Positions 37,400-50,439 of a DNA stretch of 64,000 bases are shown here, piece by piece. Position 1 is the first letter of the stretch. Every line of letters starts with the position of its first letter. Origin of the DNA: Raillietiella orientalis (lineage: Eukaryota); NCBI GenBank assembly GCA_036172245.1, contig JAYWIR010000025.1, forward strand, positions 186,001 to 250,000. The letters run 5' to 3'. A program made the position numbers and the translations under genes. The notes under the pieces are model-generated. The model did no database searches. It was given only the letters and a program-made list of their open reading frames with translations, and was not told the DNA's origin.

Positions 37400-40250
37400 G
37401 CATGCATGTAACTTCACTGCTAGTAATCCGACTATACAGCATCATCTCCCATGGACCCGAACGAGCTCAAAGAGCTACCTTTAAGCAAAAACTGTAGTGT
37501 AAACTGCTGGTGCTTTAAGGGTGTTTCTCGAATGAAGGAAGAAAGACTTTAGCCGTGGCCAGTAATGAACTGCTCACTCTTGAGCCCCCTTTCCTAGCAC
37601 GATCTGTCAAACTTCATCACTCGATAGTGACTGCAAGTTATCGATTCGAGTGCCAACAGCAGCAAAAAGGCAGTATAAAGTGTTTCCAATCTCCAGTGAT
37701 TGGAGTGGTGCATAAACAGGCAGACAGTTACCCTGAAGATGAGTTTATCCAAAACTCTAATAGCATCCGACAACTCTAATAGCATTTTTCTGCTCATCTG
37801 TTCCTTGGTCTCCCTGTGGCTGGAGGATTGTCTGGATAACTCGTGCCAAGCTGCGGAAATGCAAAAGCAACTTTCTGCAGCAATTTCCAGTCAACACTTG
37901 CGGAGTTCTTTGTAATTAGAAACTACAAAGATGGAAGCAGCTGGCTGAGCCCACTGATGAGACAAAACTCTCTGAAGAGGGCGAAAATCATTGCGGGAAT
38001 TGAATGAGAACGTGAACGCACTGAATGTGGATCAAGAGAGTAGGAGAACTGAATATAAGGTGGAATACCTAGGAATAAAGGGGAGCAGACATCAGGGGAA
38101 GGAGCTTTACTGAATCTAATTATAGAGGATAACCGGTAAGCTTTCTTCCCTCTGCCTCAGTGATTCTCGCGGGTGCAAGAAGTATACATAAACAGATAGC
38201 CCAGCTCAGAACTTCGCTTGAGACGAACGAAAACATGAAAGGGGCGTGCATCATTTTTTCCAGAAATTCCCTTTTTGACCTCAATCCCCGATAAAAGTCC
38301 TCTGTAGATTTCAATTGCTCCAGTCCCTCATGAGATTTTCAACTGAAATTTCATCATTAGGATAATCAGCCAGTAGAAAATCGGACTTAGTATGGAACAG
38401 CGGACAACCCAGGGCCCACGGCAGCAATTTCATAGGTGGGTGTTGCTTTGCTCCAAGGTGTTGATATTTTGCTTAGTTTGTAACTCTGATGTAATTTATT
38501 CTTATTTTTCTGTTTTTTAGAAAATTTCATTTGCACTTACTGGCCTAGCAGTGCTTTGAAGTGCGGCCTGAGCTCGAAGGCAATTCAGAATTCTCTCCTT
38601 TGGATCTCTTTTGCGGAGTTACTCGTAGTTAATTTGCCACAGCAACGAACCTGTCTGATAGAAACAAATACGATGGGAAGAAGGTTTACGATGCTTCGAT
38701 TCGTGATTTATAATAGCTCGTGCAGTAACCAAAGCAAATTGCATAACGTCTAACTTACAAAGAACAAACTATCAAAAGGCTTAATGAGTAATAGAAGCTT
38801 TAAGAAGAGTCAGAAGTGAAGATCAGACCAGAGGCAAAAGAGTTTACAACTCCGAAAAAAGGAATTTGAAGAAACAGAAAAGCAGAATGGAAATTTGGAG
38901 ATGTGAAAAAGAGCTGAAGGCGAGGGAACCCAAAAACTTTACAAGCGCGAACGGAAACGTCAGCATGAGTCAACTTTGAGAGGAAGTCAGTCAAGAGGAC
39001 CCATTTGCAACCCGAATGGAACACCTGACTTCAATATTTTCGTCAGGTTTCGCTTTGCGAAGACAGCTCTTCTGTTTTCGGAATCAAAACGAATGAAAGT
39101 AACAGCAGACGGAAACGGACACAACTCCTCCTTTGATTGTGCTTCCCATCAATAGATGGCACAATGAACCTTTCTTCGAGGCGCGAAGCGGAAATTCTGC
39201 TTGCCACATCCGGAGGTAGCCGCCGCTCTCCGAAAACGGCTTGGTTTCTTCGAGAAGCGACCATCCAACTCGAGTGCTCCTCTGCGTCCCTGCTTCGAGA
39301 GGGTCGTTTCCAATCGAGCGTGAAGAGAATCGACCTGACCCTTCTGACATTCGATCGCGGACTCGTCCCTGTTGAGGAAAAATGGGTTGGAACAGGTGCA
39401 GTCCTCTTTCCTATTAACAAATTATCGGTTCATGGAGTATCCGAAAGCTCTCTTGCCCTGTCAAGGACAAGAATTAGAACCTTTCTGCCTTCCGAGCGCC
39501 AAGATCATCGGAGACTGCACAGTCCGAGCAAATCTTCCAGTTTTATTAGGAAGGCATCGCGGAAAATGAAGAAATAAAATGAAAACACTCCCAGAAAAAA
39601 ACTTTTGCTTGAAGATCAGAATTTCATTATCGCTGCTGATCGGAAGCTCCTACGGACTAACCGCACCTTTGTGTGGGATACCCTTCGCGAAGAATGCTCT
39701 GGAATGAAGCCGACATAGGAGCAGCCGTAGATTTCATATTTCAAACGGAGCGGCTAATGTCATCGTGAACGTGGCACTACGCCTCCGCAGCCTCAGGAGC
39801 ATCGAATGTGAGAGGACTCGCATCGTTGGCTCCGAGCAAGAAGGCCTTCCAAATGCCTCGAAGCATGAGGAAGAAAGACGCGAGAGATAAGAAAGGATGC
39901 ATCGCCCTGTCACTGGAAGCAATTAGTCTTCTAATTTTGAGATTCCCGGTTCGATTTTAAAATTGGATCTCCCTGCCAAGGAGCAGGGAGAGAAGGCTGC
40001 TGAATGATCTGATCGGTGTTCGCTAGGCAGGCAGCGAGAGAGATGCATCTCGTGAGTTCTCGCAGCTTCTCAGAGCAGTATCGAGGGAGATAAGTTTCAC
40101 GCGAGGCAGCCCAGGAGAAGAGATTCGGAAAAATGGAAAATCCACATGAAGGGCTAAAAAAAAGAAACAGAAAACTCTCCCTGGTCAGCTTTCCGGGAAC
40201 CGGAAGCTCTCCTCTGGACCGCATCGAAAGCGATTGGTCCATTCATTGCA
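37400..40250. mobile_element. Three decayed LINE endonuclease fragments (37400-37900 minus, 38780-39030 minus, 39550-40250 plus)
   Basis: PVYAP (~37710, minus). KWVLLTDF and PRLQLFF (ORF 38800-39024). NFIIAAD (~39620) and MHRPV (~39900) on plus. Confidence 0.4.
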
Positions 40251-40299
40251 GATGCAAAGTCAAAAACCCGGTGAGGACCTGAAGAGTTCGCAAGAAGGG

Positions 40300-42640
40300 T
40301 GGAAGCTCATTGCAGGTATTCCTGCGATGAGCTGACATTCCTGCTGCAGCTTGGCAGCGCATCCTAACAGCACGTGCAGGAGGGGACCTCAGTGAGCGCA
40401 TTCCTTGGTCTGCCTCTCCACCGAGGTGTGATGAGGTTTCTCAGCTCGAGGAAATGCGCCGGCAAGACGATGGTCTCCTGGAGAGCATGGAGGGAACACA
40501 GAGTCCGGGTCACGTACAGGAGCAGGAGGAGCAAGTCTCCAATGTAGGCCACCTCGCAGGTCAGGCGTACCTTCGGAGCTGGGCTGGGGACAGGCCGGAA
40601 TTCTCCGGTACGCGTTCAGAGTCAGTCCAAGGAACAGGCCAAAGAGCACCGCGCTCGCGCTGTCATCTTCTGCGTCCGACTTCGATACCTAGAGGGGGCA
40701 GGGGGAGATAGAACTCTCGAAAAGGTGGAGATCCTTGCCTTGCACCACAGAGAGCGTGGGTAGCCGAGAAGGCTGGCTCGGAAACCAAGCCATTCCCGAA
40801 AGGGAAAAGGAAGGAATAGCTGCCGGTGGCCGCAGCAGAAAACCCCTAGCAGGTCGGCTTCGACGGTCAACGTTCCCTTGGCAGTGGCAGGGTCGACTGC
40901 CAACCCGCCATGCAGTTTGCGCCCCCTTAGGATGAAGCCGTGAGCTTTTCCTCCCGATGCCTCGACCACACGTGGACACAGACCATTTCGACTCCGGGAG
41001 TCATAGGTCTGCTCCTGACTGGCTACGGATTCTCCCACCCGCCCCATCAGAGCCCTCCACCTTTCGCAAAGCAGCTCGACTCCTGCGTTCACAGGCGCGA
41101 CGGGAAGTCAGCTGCTCATCGCGCCTGCTCCTTGTTTGCATAGGAGACAGAGCTCTGGCTGGTCCGGAGGAGGCGGGCACTCCATCGAGAGCTGATCGGT
41201 TGACCGAGAGCTCTGGTTCTTCATGAAAGCGCTGGAAGAACTCCGCGGACAACCCGTCTGCTCCTGGTGGCCGCTCTTCTCTCGAGACCTCCGACAGCAC
41301 CCTCGATATTTCCAATCACGAAAAGGTCGCCAAACCGGCCGACAGCCTGATTCATGGTGACCTCGAGGAGCTGGGCAACACAGACCCCGCCCTTGCACGC
41401 AGATGCAAATCATGTCCCCTCCCTGAACCGTGCACGCGCTGCACACCTGACCCTCAGAGTTCAGTAGGCCTGCAGCGCCCGACTGTCTCGTTTGCTGCTC
41501 CGCCGACGCGGAACACCCCGCGAGGTGCCAGCGTTGATGGCCTCGAGGTGTAATGGTAAGAAGAGGCAAGTAGCTCTCCACGTCCAGCAAAAGGAAAGGC
41601 AAACAGGAATTTCAGCAACGCACCAGCCTCCCAGGGTCTTCAGTGCCATGAGTGACCAACAGGTCTCTGGGAGCGGAAACTCCGCATCCCCCATTCCGAA
41701 AGTCTCGCGCGTCCCTACCAAGAGGAGGAGGAGAAGACAGGCAGTGCGTTTCGCCGGCCACTGAAGGGGTTACCCGTACCGCACAAAGAGAGGTGTCGGG
41801 GGGAATGAGAACAAGGAAGGGAAGTGCAGGAATGGAGATCCTTCAGGAAACCTCTGGAACGCAGCTTCTGGAGACAGGAAGCGAGCAATCATCGACGAGA
41901 CAGGAAGCGCTCCAGCCTGCCCATAACTCGGTCACAGTGGTACAGACAGCTTTCCGAAAAGACTTCAAAGGGGGGGAGACTCTCCAGTGCGGGGTGGCAT
42001 ATTTCCCCCTTGACCCCTCTCACCGCAGTTCGAAGTTTTCCGGGAGAGCACAGTGATCGGGAAAGCGCAGCTGGGGGTGCTGGACTTCCCAGGGTAGCGC
42101 CGTCGCCAGTGGAAAACTTTCGCATGAGAGAAGAGGGCGATGCCCGGGTCGAACCAAATCCTCTCGCAGCGTCAGCGATCCGTCCCCGCAGCGACCCGCA
42201 AGGTTACGATTTGGGTTGCTTTTGAGGAGCCCTTCCTAAACTCTGCTCGAAGCTCTTTCCGCGCGGCTGCTGGCTGCCTGCCTGGTCTCGAGAAAAAGAT
42301 CCCGTCCATCAGCGATGCCCGCGGAGAAAAGATGCCAAGGATACCGTTGCGATGCTAGTCTTTCACTCTGTGGATGCAGCAACCTACTAGGAAGATTCCG
42401 GCGTTTTTCTCGGGCTTCCTGACTGCTGATCTGGCCATCCATCATTTTTCCATCCTTTGTTCCGGGGCCGCTCCTGGGTCAGGCCCGTTCAAACTCGACC
42501 CTGGAGTGGATCAGCAAGGAGGACTGCATTCATCCTCTCGCGAGCACATGCGGTCGTTAGGGAACGTGCGTTCGGACCACCCCAGGTGCAAATAGCAGGA
42601 CATTGAGGACCCTCGCCATAAAGGTGGCATACGTTGTTAG
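40300..42640 (-). mobile_element. Decayed L1/Tx1 ORF2 (EN-RT)
   Basis: EISRVLSEVSREERPPGADGLSAEFFQRF (ORF 41001-41315) is the canonical K.PGPDG..AEFY start of the RT region. TTYAT (N.YAP-like) near 42630. Confidence 0.7.
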
Positions 42641-42689
42641 TCATGTGGCTGAGGCCTCCGCAAGTGGCATCAGCATTCGAATCCCTCCA

Positions 42690-43445
42690 GGGGAAGGATC
42701 GACTCCGAGAAATGGGTCCGTTGTGGGTTTCGATTCCCCTCCACAGGATGACGCTGGTCAGTCTATGGACTTCGTGTGCGGCACTGGTGGAAGTCGGCTG
42801 TCCCCGTTGACTGGCCAGGATTGGAAGTTGGGGTCCTTGCGGGAATCAGGGAGCCGCCCAGTTGTGAGGATGTAACCGCACCATGAAGCTGGTGGATATT
42901 CCCCTCGGAGAGTTGGCTTTCCAGCGTGTCAGAAGCGCTCCGCTCCCTTCGGGGAGCGCTCTTCAGAGAAGTCGGGAACCGTCCTTTAGGAGTTCTCTTC
43001 AGGAGAGGAAACCAGGAGCGGTTCTTTTCCAGGGGATTCCCCTGGAGAAGAAATTCAGGATCGGATTCTTTCCGGGTTCCCTTTGGAGAAGAAAATGAGG
43101 AGCGACTCCTTCTGTGGAGTCCTTCCGGAGGGAATAAGGAAGAGTTCCTTTCAGGGTTCCCTCCCGTGCGTGAGAGGAACGAACTCCCTCCTCCGGAGCA
43201 GTTCCTGAATTCACGGGGCGGTCCCTCCGAGGTTACCCTTTAACTTGAAGAGTTACACGCACCCTCTGGTGTCATGGACAAGCGTTGAAGAGCTTCGTGC
43301 TCCCTACCCTAAGGAGGCGAACGGTTCTTTAGTACTCCTTGAGGACCAAAAGAAAAGAAATCCCGAAAAAAAAAGCTGAACAGCGAAAAAAAAGCTGAAC
43401 AGCGAAAATGGAAGAACCTGAAAGGATTTCCGTCATCCTTTAAAA
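42690..43445 (+). mobile_element. Family B copy 3
   Basis: Aligns with 33370-34120 over its length. Contains a short tandem duplication of GAAAAAAAAGCTGAACAGC at ~43364-43403. Confidence 0.8.
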
Positions 43446-43799
43446 GAAAGATAAACAAAGATAAAGGTGAGCGGTCATCGAGTGCGACCAGTCCTCCAAC
43501 GGAGCAACCCCACCCTCTTTCGGTAGGATCGTGAGTTGCGGGACGCACAAGTGCTCGCTACGGCAAGTTCGATGGACTCAGACCTCTTTGCATGAAGCTG
43601 GTCCACCCGAACGACCGCTATTGTCGAAGGACACATCCCCCCATTCCTTTTCTCACTTGCGGTTTTGGGGAAAGTGTCACTCCCCAAGATACGAGCGGGG
43701 ACGCCTTTTGCCTCGAGAGTCCTCTTGAGAATGTCACGGTCTTGAAGATCTCATGCAGGGAGAGCTGCTAGTGCTTTTCTCTTTAGGAAACGCGAGGTC

Positions 43800-45150
43800 C
43801 CTGTGACGCGGATTTCTCGCCCCTTTTGCCGCTGACCCGGCAGTGCGCGCGGCCGCACGCGAGCGCCTCCTCATCTCAACAGGAACCCTGGATCTTAGGG
43901 AACGCCCTCTTCAGGAGCCCCGGTCCGGTAGTCTCGAGTGAGCCCACAGAATCGGGAGCTGCCCAAGGCACATACATCGACGATTCCGCTGTCGGAACGA
44001 GGCAAACAGCATGGCTGACCTGTCAGGCATCGTCAACCGCATCGAGGCCGACCCAAGGAGCACTTTACAAGGGAGTGGACAGTACCGAGCTGCTCAGATT
44101 GAACCACCGCCGCGTCTTCAGGCATTCTGGAGGAGATCCTCTTGTTCGATGGATTGTGTAGGACGATACTTTAGGGCGGAACGAAACGTTCTCGCCCCAA
44201 CGCTCTCTAGCGGCTACAAGAGGCGTTGTGTGGCGCGACCTCCGACCCTAACGCACCCTTCTTCGGTGTCGCTGAAGCACGAGGACTCTCTGAGAGCATT
44301 TCGGGCGGCTGGAGCTCTTCGAGAAACTCCATGTGCATGGCCTCACTGACATCTGCTACTTAAGCTGCAGTCAGGGTCACATCCGATGCTCGAACAAGGG
44401 TGCTCCCGCTGCCACCTCCTCTCGGGAATTCTCCGTTTCTGCTTCCTTTAGGGAGAAATTTCCCTGTTGGCATCTTGGTGTCCCAGGAAACGCAGTGTCC
44501 ACTCACTTGTGTATCGGTAGGACACGTTCCTACCGATACACAAGTTCCTCAGCTCATAAACCGTGGACCCATAGTCTGATGTCGACTCCGCTAAAACTAC
44601 ACACTGGCAACACCCGGTGTTCAGAACAGGAGCACGGCAAGGCTGCGTCCGCACGATCCGCTATGACGACACCGCTACAGACTTGCCAGCTTTCGAAAGC
44701 GATCGAGAGGTCACTGAGCGTCTCTGCCTGTAAAGGGAGACTTCAGAAGAGTTGAACCGAATATGAGGATACGGTGGGATATGGCGGGGCCTCAAAGGAG
44801 GCAGCGTCCGTTGTAATCCACAGAAGTCGCTTGTCGGGGAAGAGCCAGGTCGTCCACTGCACAGGAAGGCAAAGAGGGGTCGGGTACTGCCGTGTGCTTC
44901 GATCGCACAAAACATCCGGTGCGTTCCTTTCAGATGCGTCCAAGAGCCTATGGCTTACGGTCCATCCACGAGGCGTTCGGGCTCGTCTCACTTCGGAGCG
45001 GCGCGGCCGACTCGCCGCCGCGTGGAAGAGCCGCCGCCGTCCTTCCGAAAAGAGAAATTTACCACCGTCCCACGTGCCGTGTGGAGCAGCCTGGAAACGG
45101 AAACTACGAGGGCGGAACAACTGCAAACTCTCCAGAGAACCGGGAAGATA
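43800..45150 (+). mobile_element. Decayed LINE ORF1 (zinc knuckles)
   Basis: DICYLSCSQGHIRCS and PCWHLGVPGN in ORF 44333-44755 resemble tandem CCHC knuckles. Confidence 0.4.
44505..44545. repeat. Perfect 18-bp inverted repeat with 5-nt loop
   Basis: ACTTGTGTATCGGTAGGA-CACGT-TCCTACCGATACACAAGT. Confidence 0.97.
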
Positions 45151-46395
45151 GCGCACCGTCTCCTGGATTCTCACATTCCCAAAGTTAAAGGAGTGGACGC
45201 ATTGCTTCTGGCTAAAGCGGGTACTGTTGCATCCGATGATCGTGGAGCATCGAAAGAAGCAGTCCCCTGCCGGTAGGAAAGAGAGGAGAAAAATTAAAAA
45301 GAGATGAGGGAGGACGGCTCCATTCTCTTGCAGGAAAATGGGAATCCAACGTGTCCAGATTCTCTCACAGAGCTCCGCGTAACCAATGAACGCCATGGTC
45401 ACGGAATCACCACCACCGCCTTCCTTTCCAGCTTCTTTAAACGCTTCCAGGTCTGCTCCTTTAGGAAGGGGTGTTGTATAGAACACCGCTGCTTAATAGC
45501 AGCAGGATGAACCCTCCTCGGATAGAGGAACCGAACGCAAGTTCCTGAGTGCCGTGATCTTCGGCAACTTCCTTGAGTCCATCAACGCGTGAACAAAACT
45601 TTGCAATTAATAGATAAATAAAACAAAGAGGAACGAATCATACATTCTCTGCTGCTCTCCTTAACACAGAGAGAGATGCTTCCCATTGTGTGCCTGTTTC
45701 AATCCCTACTTTCCTCGATTTCCCCATATCCTCGAGCCACTAACAGGGAAACCGAAATCCATGTAGGGCACATAAGCCTCACGGGCCCTAGTGTGGCTTT
45801 CCCATCTACACTTCCCATTTACGTAATCGCGGCATGAAAATGCAGCAAAAGTAAATTTTTGGAACCAGCATCTCCCCATTCAGATCCTGGTGATGGACTT
45901 GAAGAAAATGATCCAGCCTAAACCAAAGTTTGCAACACCACGTTTGTTCTGCTGCTCTTTGAACAGTTTAAATACTCATGGAGATTGGTGCTTTGCTTTT
46001 GCAACTCGTCCACATATTCTCCCTCTTGTGAAGAATTGGACCCTTTCACTTCGATGAGACGTCTTATGACATAATCTGCTTCGCTGACAAGTTCTGGTTT
46101 CTTACGCTGAAACTCCGCAACCTTGGACTTCCTCGTCACTTTCTGCGGCGAGAAAATTCGCTCGCGCGCGATTCTTTCTCCAGTTATTGCTGCCTTAGAA
46201 CAACAGTCATTGACGTCGTCAAGAGACCCGAAACTGATCTCATCACCGATCTGTTCCACATTCCTTCTTTCATCGTCTGTCATTCCCGCTGCAGATAAAC
46301 CAGCAGCCTCAGCAGAATTTCTTTACATTAAGTCGCAGTCCTTGCGATCCAGTTATTTCCTCAGCATGGGAGGTTTGCTCCGCTTGATTTCATGT

Positions 46396-47950
46396 TTAAG
46401 TGTTTTGAACACTCGCGTCAGCCATGATCCCGCGAAGACAGCAGAGGACTGAGAGGGACGCGGCTGGCGGCAGTGCGGCACTGCTCACGAAGAGACGTGT
46501 GAAAATGCTCCCGGGACTGCCCACTGGGATCATCTCGAGGAGATCCCAAAGAGGTCGGAAAGCAGCACATTCTAGCAGTAGATGCAAGAGGGTGTTCTTC
46601 TTCCCTCACCTGCTTTAGTCCGCACCCTTCCTACCCCGTGTCCAGTGGCGAATGAGCGCTTCGCATGGGATTCCCCCATTCAGCACCAGCAATGCCAACT
46701 CCTGCAACTTGACGGGGAGGATTGCATTGTTCCAGCAGGCTGGGAGCCACTTCAACTCTCCAGGATGGATAGCAAGCAGTTCTCCCCCGCGTAGAAGTCC
46801 TTGAGGTGGAACACCCGGGGTCACAGTGTCCTTCACTTCCCGAGTTGTGTGCGCCCCCAGAAGTTCCGTCTTTGCTGCTGCTGTGCGGAAAATCACTTCC
46901 CACCTTGCCGAAATTACGCTGTCCCTTGGGTCCCATAGAGAGGGCAGCACTGGAGCAAGCGGGGTAGATGAGACTCTGAGTTGATGGAGATCCTTTTTCG
47001 TGCTTTCGCCGCTTCCTTCCAGCAGCTGTTTTTGCTGTTTTTTGGGTTCGCAAAGTGCTGAAGAGCCGTCAGCCTGCTAAGATGGACTCACAAAGCTCTT
47101 TAACACTGGCCACTCCACCCGAGGGTGAGTAACTCTACAGGTCATAGGGGGTGACCTGGGAAGGACCACCCGATGAATCCCAGAAGTCTTCGGAAGAAGG
47201 AGTCCGTTCCTTTTACACTTGGCAGGGGAACCAGAAGGGTAAGTTTGGTGACTTCGCGGATTCGATGACAAGATTCATCTTAAGAAGGTCGCACGTCGAC
47301 AGAAGGCGGGGTGATATGAATTTTCCTCATCCCAGGGTTCGTTGAAATCGGGTGAAGAGAAAAAGTTGTCAGGAGATCTCTTGAAGGCGGGCAAGGGTAT
47401 AGAGAGTTCTGTGTTCCTCCAACAATGCAGACTTTGCACCATCCTCTCTCAAAAAGCTGGCAAGTTGATCTCAGGAGTGCTTGAACGAAGGAGACAGCAA
47501 GTTCCAAGCATCATCCTGCTACAGCCTCTTTCTTCTCTGTATAGCCTCATTCCCGTGTGCCTCAAAGAGGCGGCAGAGTTTCACAAACTGGGAAGAGAAG
47601 TGAGCATAAGAAGGCGATTTGGGTCCAGGGCTTGTTATAGGCCTTTGATTGCAACTCAGGTGTTTCGAAATAACTGCGAGAATGACTTCATTGAGGTTTT
47701 CCTGACGGTCATATGTGCTGGGCAAAAACGCGATGGGAAGGGGGGAGCTCAAGGAGTTTCCGTCACAGATGAAAGCTACTTTGTCAGGATAGCGCTGAGC
47801 TTGCCCTGAAACACACTCCAGGTTCCGTCATACGGATTTCTCCTTGCCGTTCGAACGACGAGCTCGAAGCTCCTACGCAAACACAAAAGATTAGCCCTTA
47901 GGAAGAGCTTCCGGACCCTCCTTAAGATGACCTCATGCGTGTCCACGCCC
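46396..47950 (-). mobile_element. Decayed L1-type ORF2 (RT start, internal deletion, CCHC)
   Basis: NLNEVILAVI...TSPGPKSPSYAHF (ORF 47519-47752), LYPCPPSRDLLTTFSLHPIS (ORF 47280-47507), HLLLECAAFRPLW (ORF 46396-46587). Confidence 0.65.
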
Positions 47951-48559
47951 GTGAGGCCAGAGTTTTTTTTTTTTTTTGAATAGTTGTTCCCTACAAAATT
48001 CGTTTGCTGATTTCCCCAAAGTCGAAATCGCTGATGACGTCAGGTGACTCGCGAATGGGAACCAAGCTATACGGAAGAGCATTCTTTATTCCATTTCCCG
48101 CTTTTTAGGAAATTCGATAAAGGAGGATGTGGATCCATCTCGCGGCAGATATTCCGCGGGAGTGTCTGCACAAGTCATCTCACATGACGGACCACCGCTG
48201 GCTGGTTCAAAGCGGGGTGGCACTGTCGGGAGGATCGCAGCGTCTCATCTCTCACGTGTCTAAGTACGCTCTTCACTTAATCAGTCGGCTGAGTGCATCC
48301 CTCGTTAAAAATGGTTGTTCCTGAACGCAGGTTTGCAAGGAAATGGGGTGCTGTGGTTCAGTTCTTAAGTGCAAGAATGCTTGCGCCGCCAAGAACTTTT
48401 GCCAACTTGATGTGTATGGGGAGCAAAGCAAGAGCGTCAATCATGATCGTGAGCAAAGCTCCCAGAAGAAGCCTTGGAGCACTAGTGACAAATGTCGAAA
48501 AGTGAGGAGTTCGGACTTCACTCAATCTACATCAAGAAGTTCGTCCCACGGCGAAGCAA

Positions 48560-49000
48560 TTGCCTGACTAGGAAAGTGAATGAGAATCCCCTCCCCCCGT
48601 CTTGTCAGCAAGTCGGTTTCCGGAAAACGCCTTGTAAGACTATCTTGGAGCCTTCCGTTTCAATGGACTTCCTTGGAGGATGCTCCTCAGGGGAGATTTC
48701 ATGCCGCTAATCCATATTCGCGTACAAAAGCTGCACCCTAAAGGGAAAGACAAATTCTTTCTCGGGCCGTTGGTTCCTGGTGCTGGAAATCCTGGAGACG
48801 TGCTCACCTGTCTGCATCTTCTCGAGCTTGATTACATCAGTGACTTTCATCTACGCTCCCTGCGCTTCCACCTGTGTCCTTACAGTTTCCTGCGCAAACC
48901 CACTGAAATGGAGTTTTGAGGAATTTCCTTTCTTGGTTAGTTGGTTACGTCCCGCTCTCACTGTCACTGTCAATGGCTTCCGTGTGCACCTGGTGTTTTC
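48560..49000 (+). mobile_element. Decayed LINE RT N-terminal fragment
   Basis: LVPGAGNPGDVLTCLHLLELDY resembles LIPK.G......YRPI.LL..DY. Confidence 0.45.
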
Positions 49001-50439
49001 GGGCTGTGCCGCTTGCGTTTGGGACTCTGAACTGTCCCTACCATACACCTGTGACCATCGCGCCACCTTCCTTGGACCAACTGGTTTGACCTCGTGAGGT
49101 TCGCGATCTGCTTGGTTCTGACTGTCCGTAGCCTTTGCGTGAATTCGCCTTTAGCTCTTGGATGGCAATTCACAACTTGATACCGGCTGTTGTTTTTCGA
49201 ATTGCTTTTTTTTTTTTTTCTTCTTCAGCTACTCTTCGTTGGATCGGTTCTTGTAAACACTTCCTCGCTATCAAAGAGAGCTGCAGTTTTTCGTGCATTA
49301 AATGAATGAATCCCTGTTTCAGTTTTCTGCTCTGGGCCCGACAGATCCTATGTTGATTTCGTAGCGTAAATGAAGTGATCCCGTCGTGTAATGCAGCATC
49401 ACTGGCGCGAGCAGCTCGTTGATCAGTTGCAAAGTAGATTTGGTTACATGAAGTGCGGCGGCAGCACGGTTTTGCTATGCGTTCTTTGAAGTGATATGGC
49501 TGCTCCACTGTAACAGCAGAGGTAACTATGAGCAACGGAAACCATGGCGTTCGTAGGACCAGACTCTTCTGCTACAGCTGTGCTTTCCTGATTTCCTACT
49601 CTGCAAAGAGCAACATTATACGGGGACAAGGTGATGCAGGAAATATCACCACAGTAGCACACCTGGTGACCTGGTTGCTTTTGTTCGGCGGAATCTTCCG
49701 TGTAAATGGAAGCCTGCTGAAAGCCAGTGTTTTCACAATCCATCCTTGCGGAAGTGATGGCTCTGCCTGTAATTACAGGTGATCACTTCCTCCTGACTTC
49801 CTTTGCTAGCTCATTGGTGTTCTGATAGTCAGCTGAGGATAAAGTAGGGAAACGGAGATGTGGCACTTTTGTTTGGTATCCAGTTCTCGGTGGGCGGAAG
49901 GATTCGAGATAGCGCTAATGCAAGATGAAGTCGACATCCTTCTCCGCGATTTGGGTTGTCTTTACGCCAGCATGACGTACCGAAGTGAGAGGTTCTTTAT
50001 AAATGCTGAGTCATACATAAAACATAAAGTGTTCTGGGTTGCAACGCTGTACCAAATGTGTTGCAGTCCAAGAAAGCCGTTCAGAAAGAGAAGGTGCCAA
50101 ATTTAATTAATAGATGTATAATCTATCCCAGTAAAGAGTAAACTTTGTAGTTACTTCTTTGTATAGAAGGCAGACACAGACTCCAAGATGGATACTTTTA
50201 ATCCGTTTAGATTATCAAGGCCAATTATAATAATGACCACATTTTTCCCACTCGAAATGATTTTGGTGGTAGGAAGACCTTTTCGAGTTGGCACATTGGA
50301 ATCCTTGGATCTGCTCTTCCTAAAACTATTTCGGATAATAGCTAGATGTTCTGAATCTCTGGATTCATATGCAAAGAGGCAACTCTTACATGATGAAAGC
50401 TTCGAAATGTATCGGAACTTTATTGTTCGTTGTGTGCAA

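Noticed and set aside
37142..37417. HYTAMSHMSPYE resembling a Gypsy integrase C-terminal motif
   Set aside because: No DDE core, RT or LTRs nearby.
43551..43565. GTGCTCGCTACGGCA resembling the U6 5' end
   Set aside because: 15-nt match only, with no continuation.
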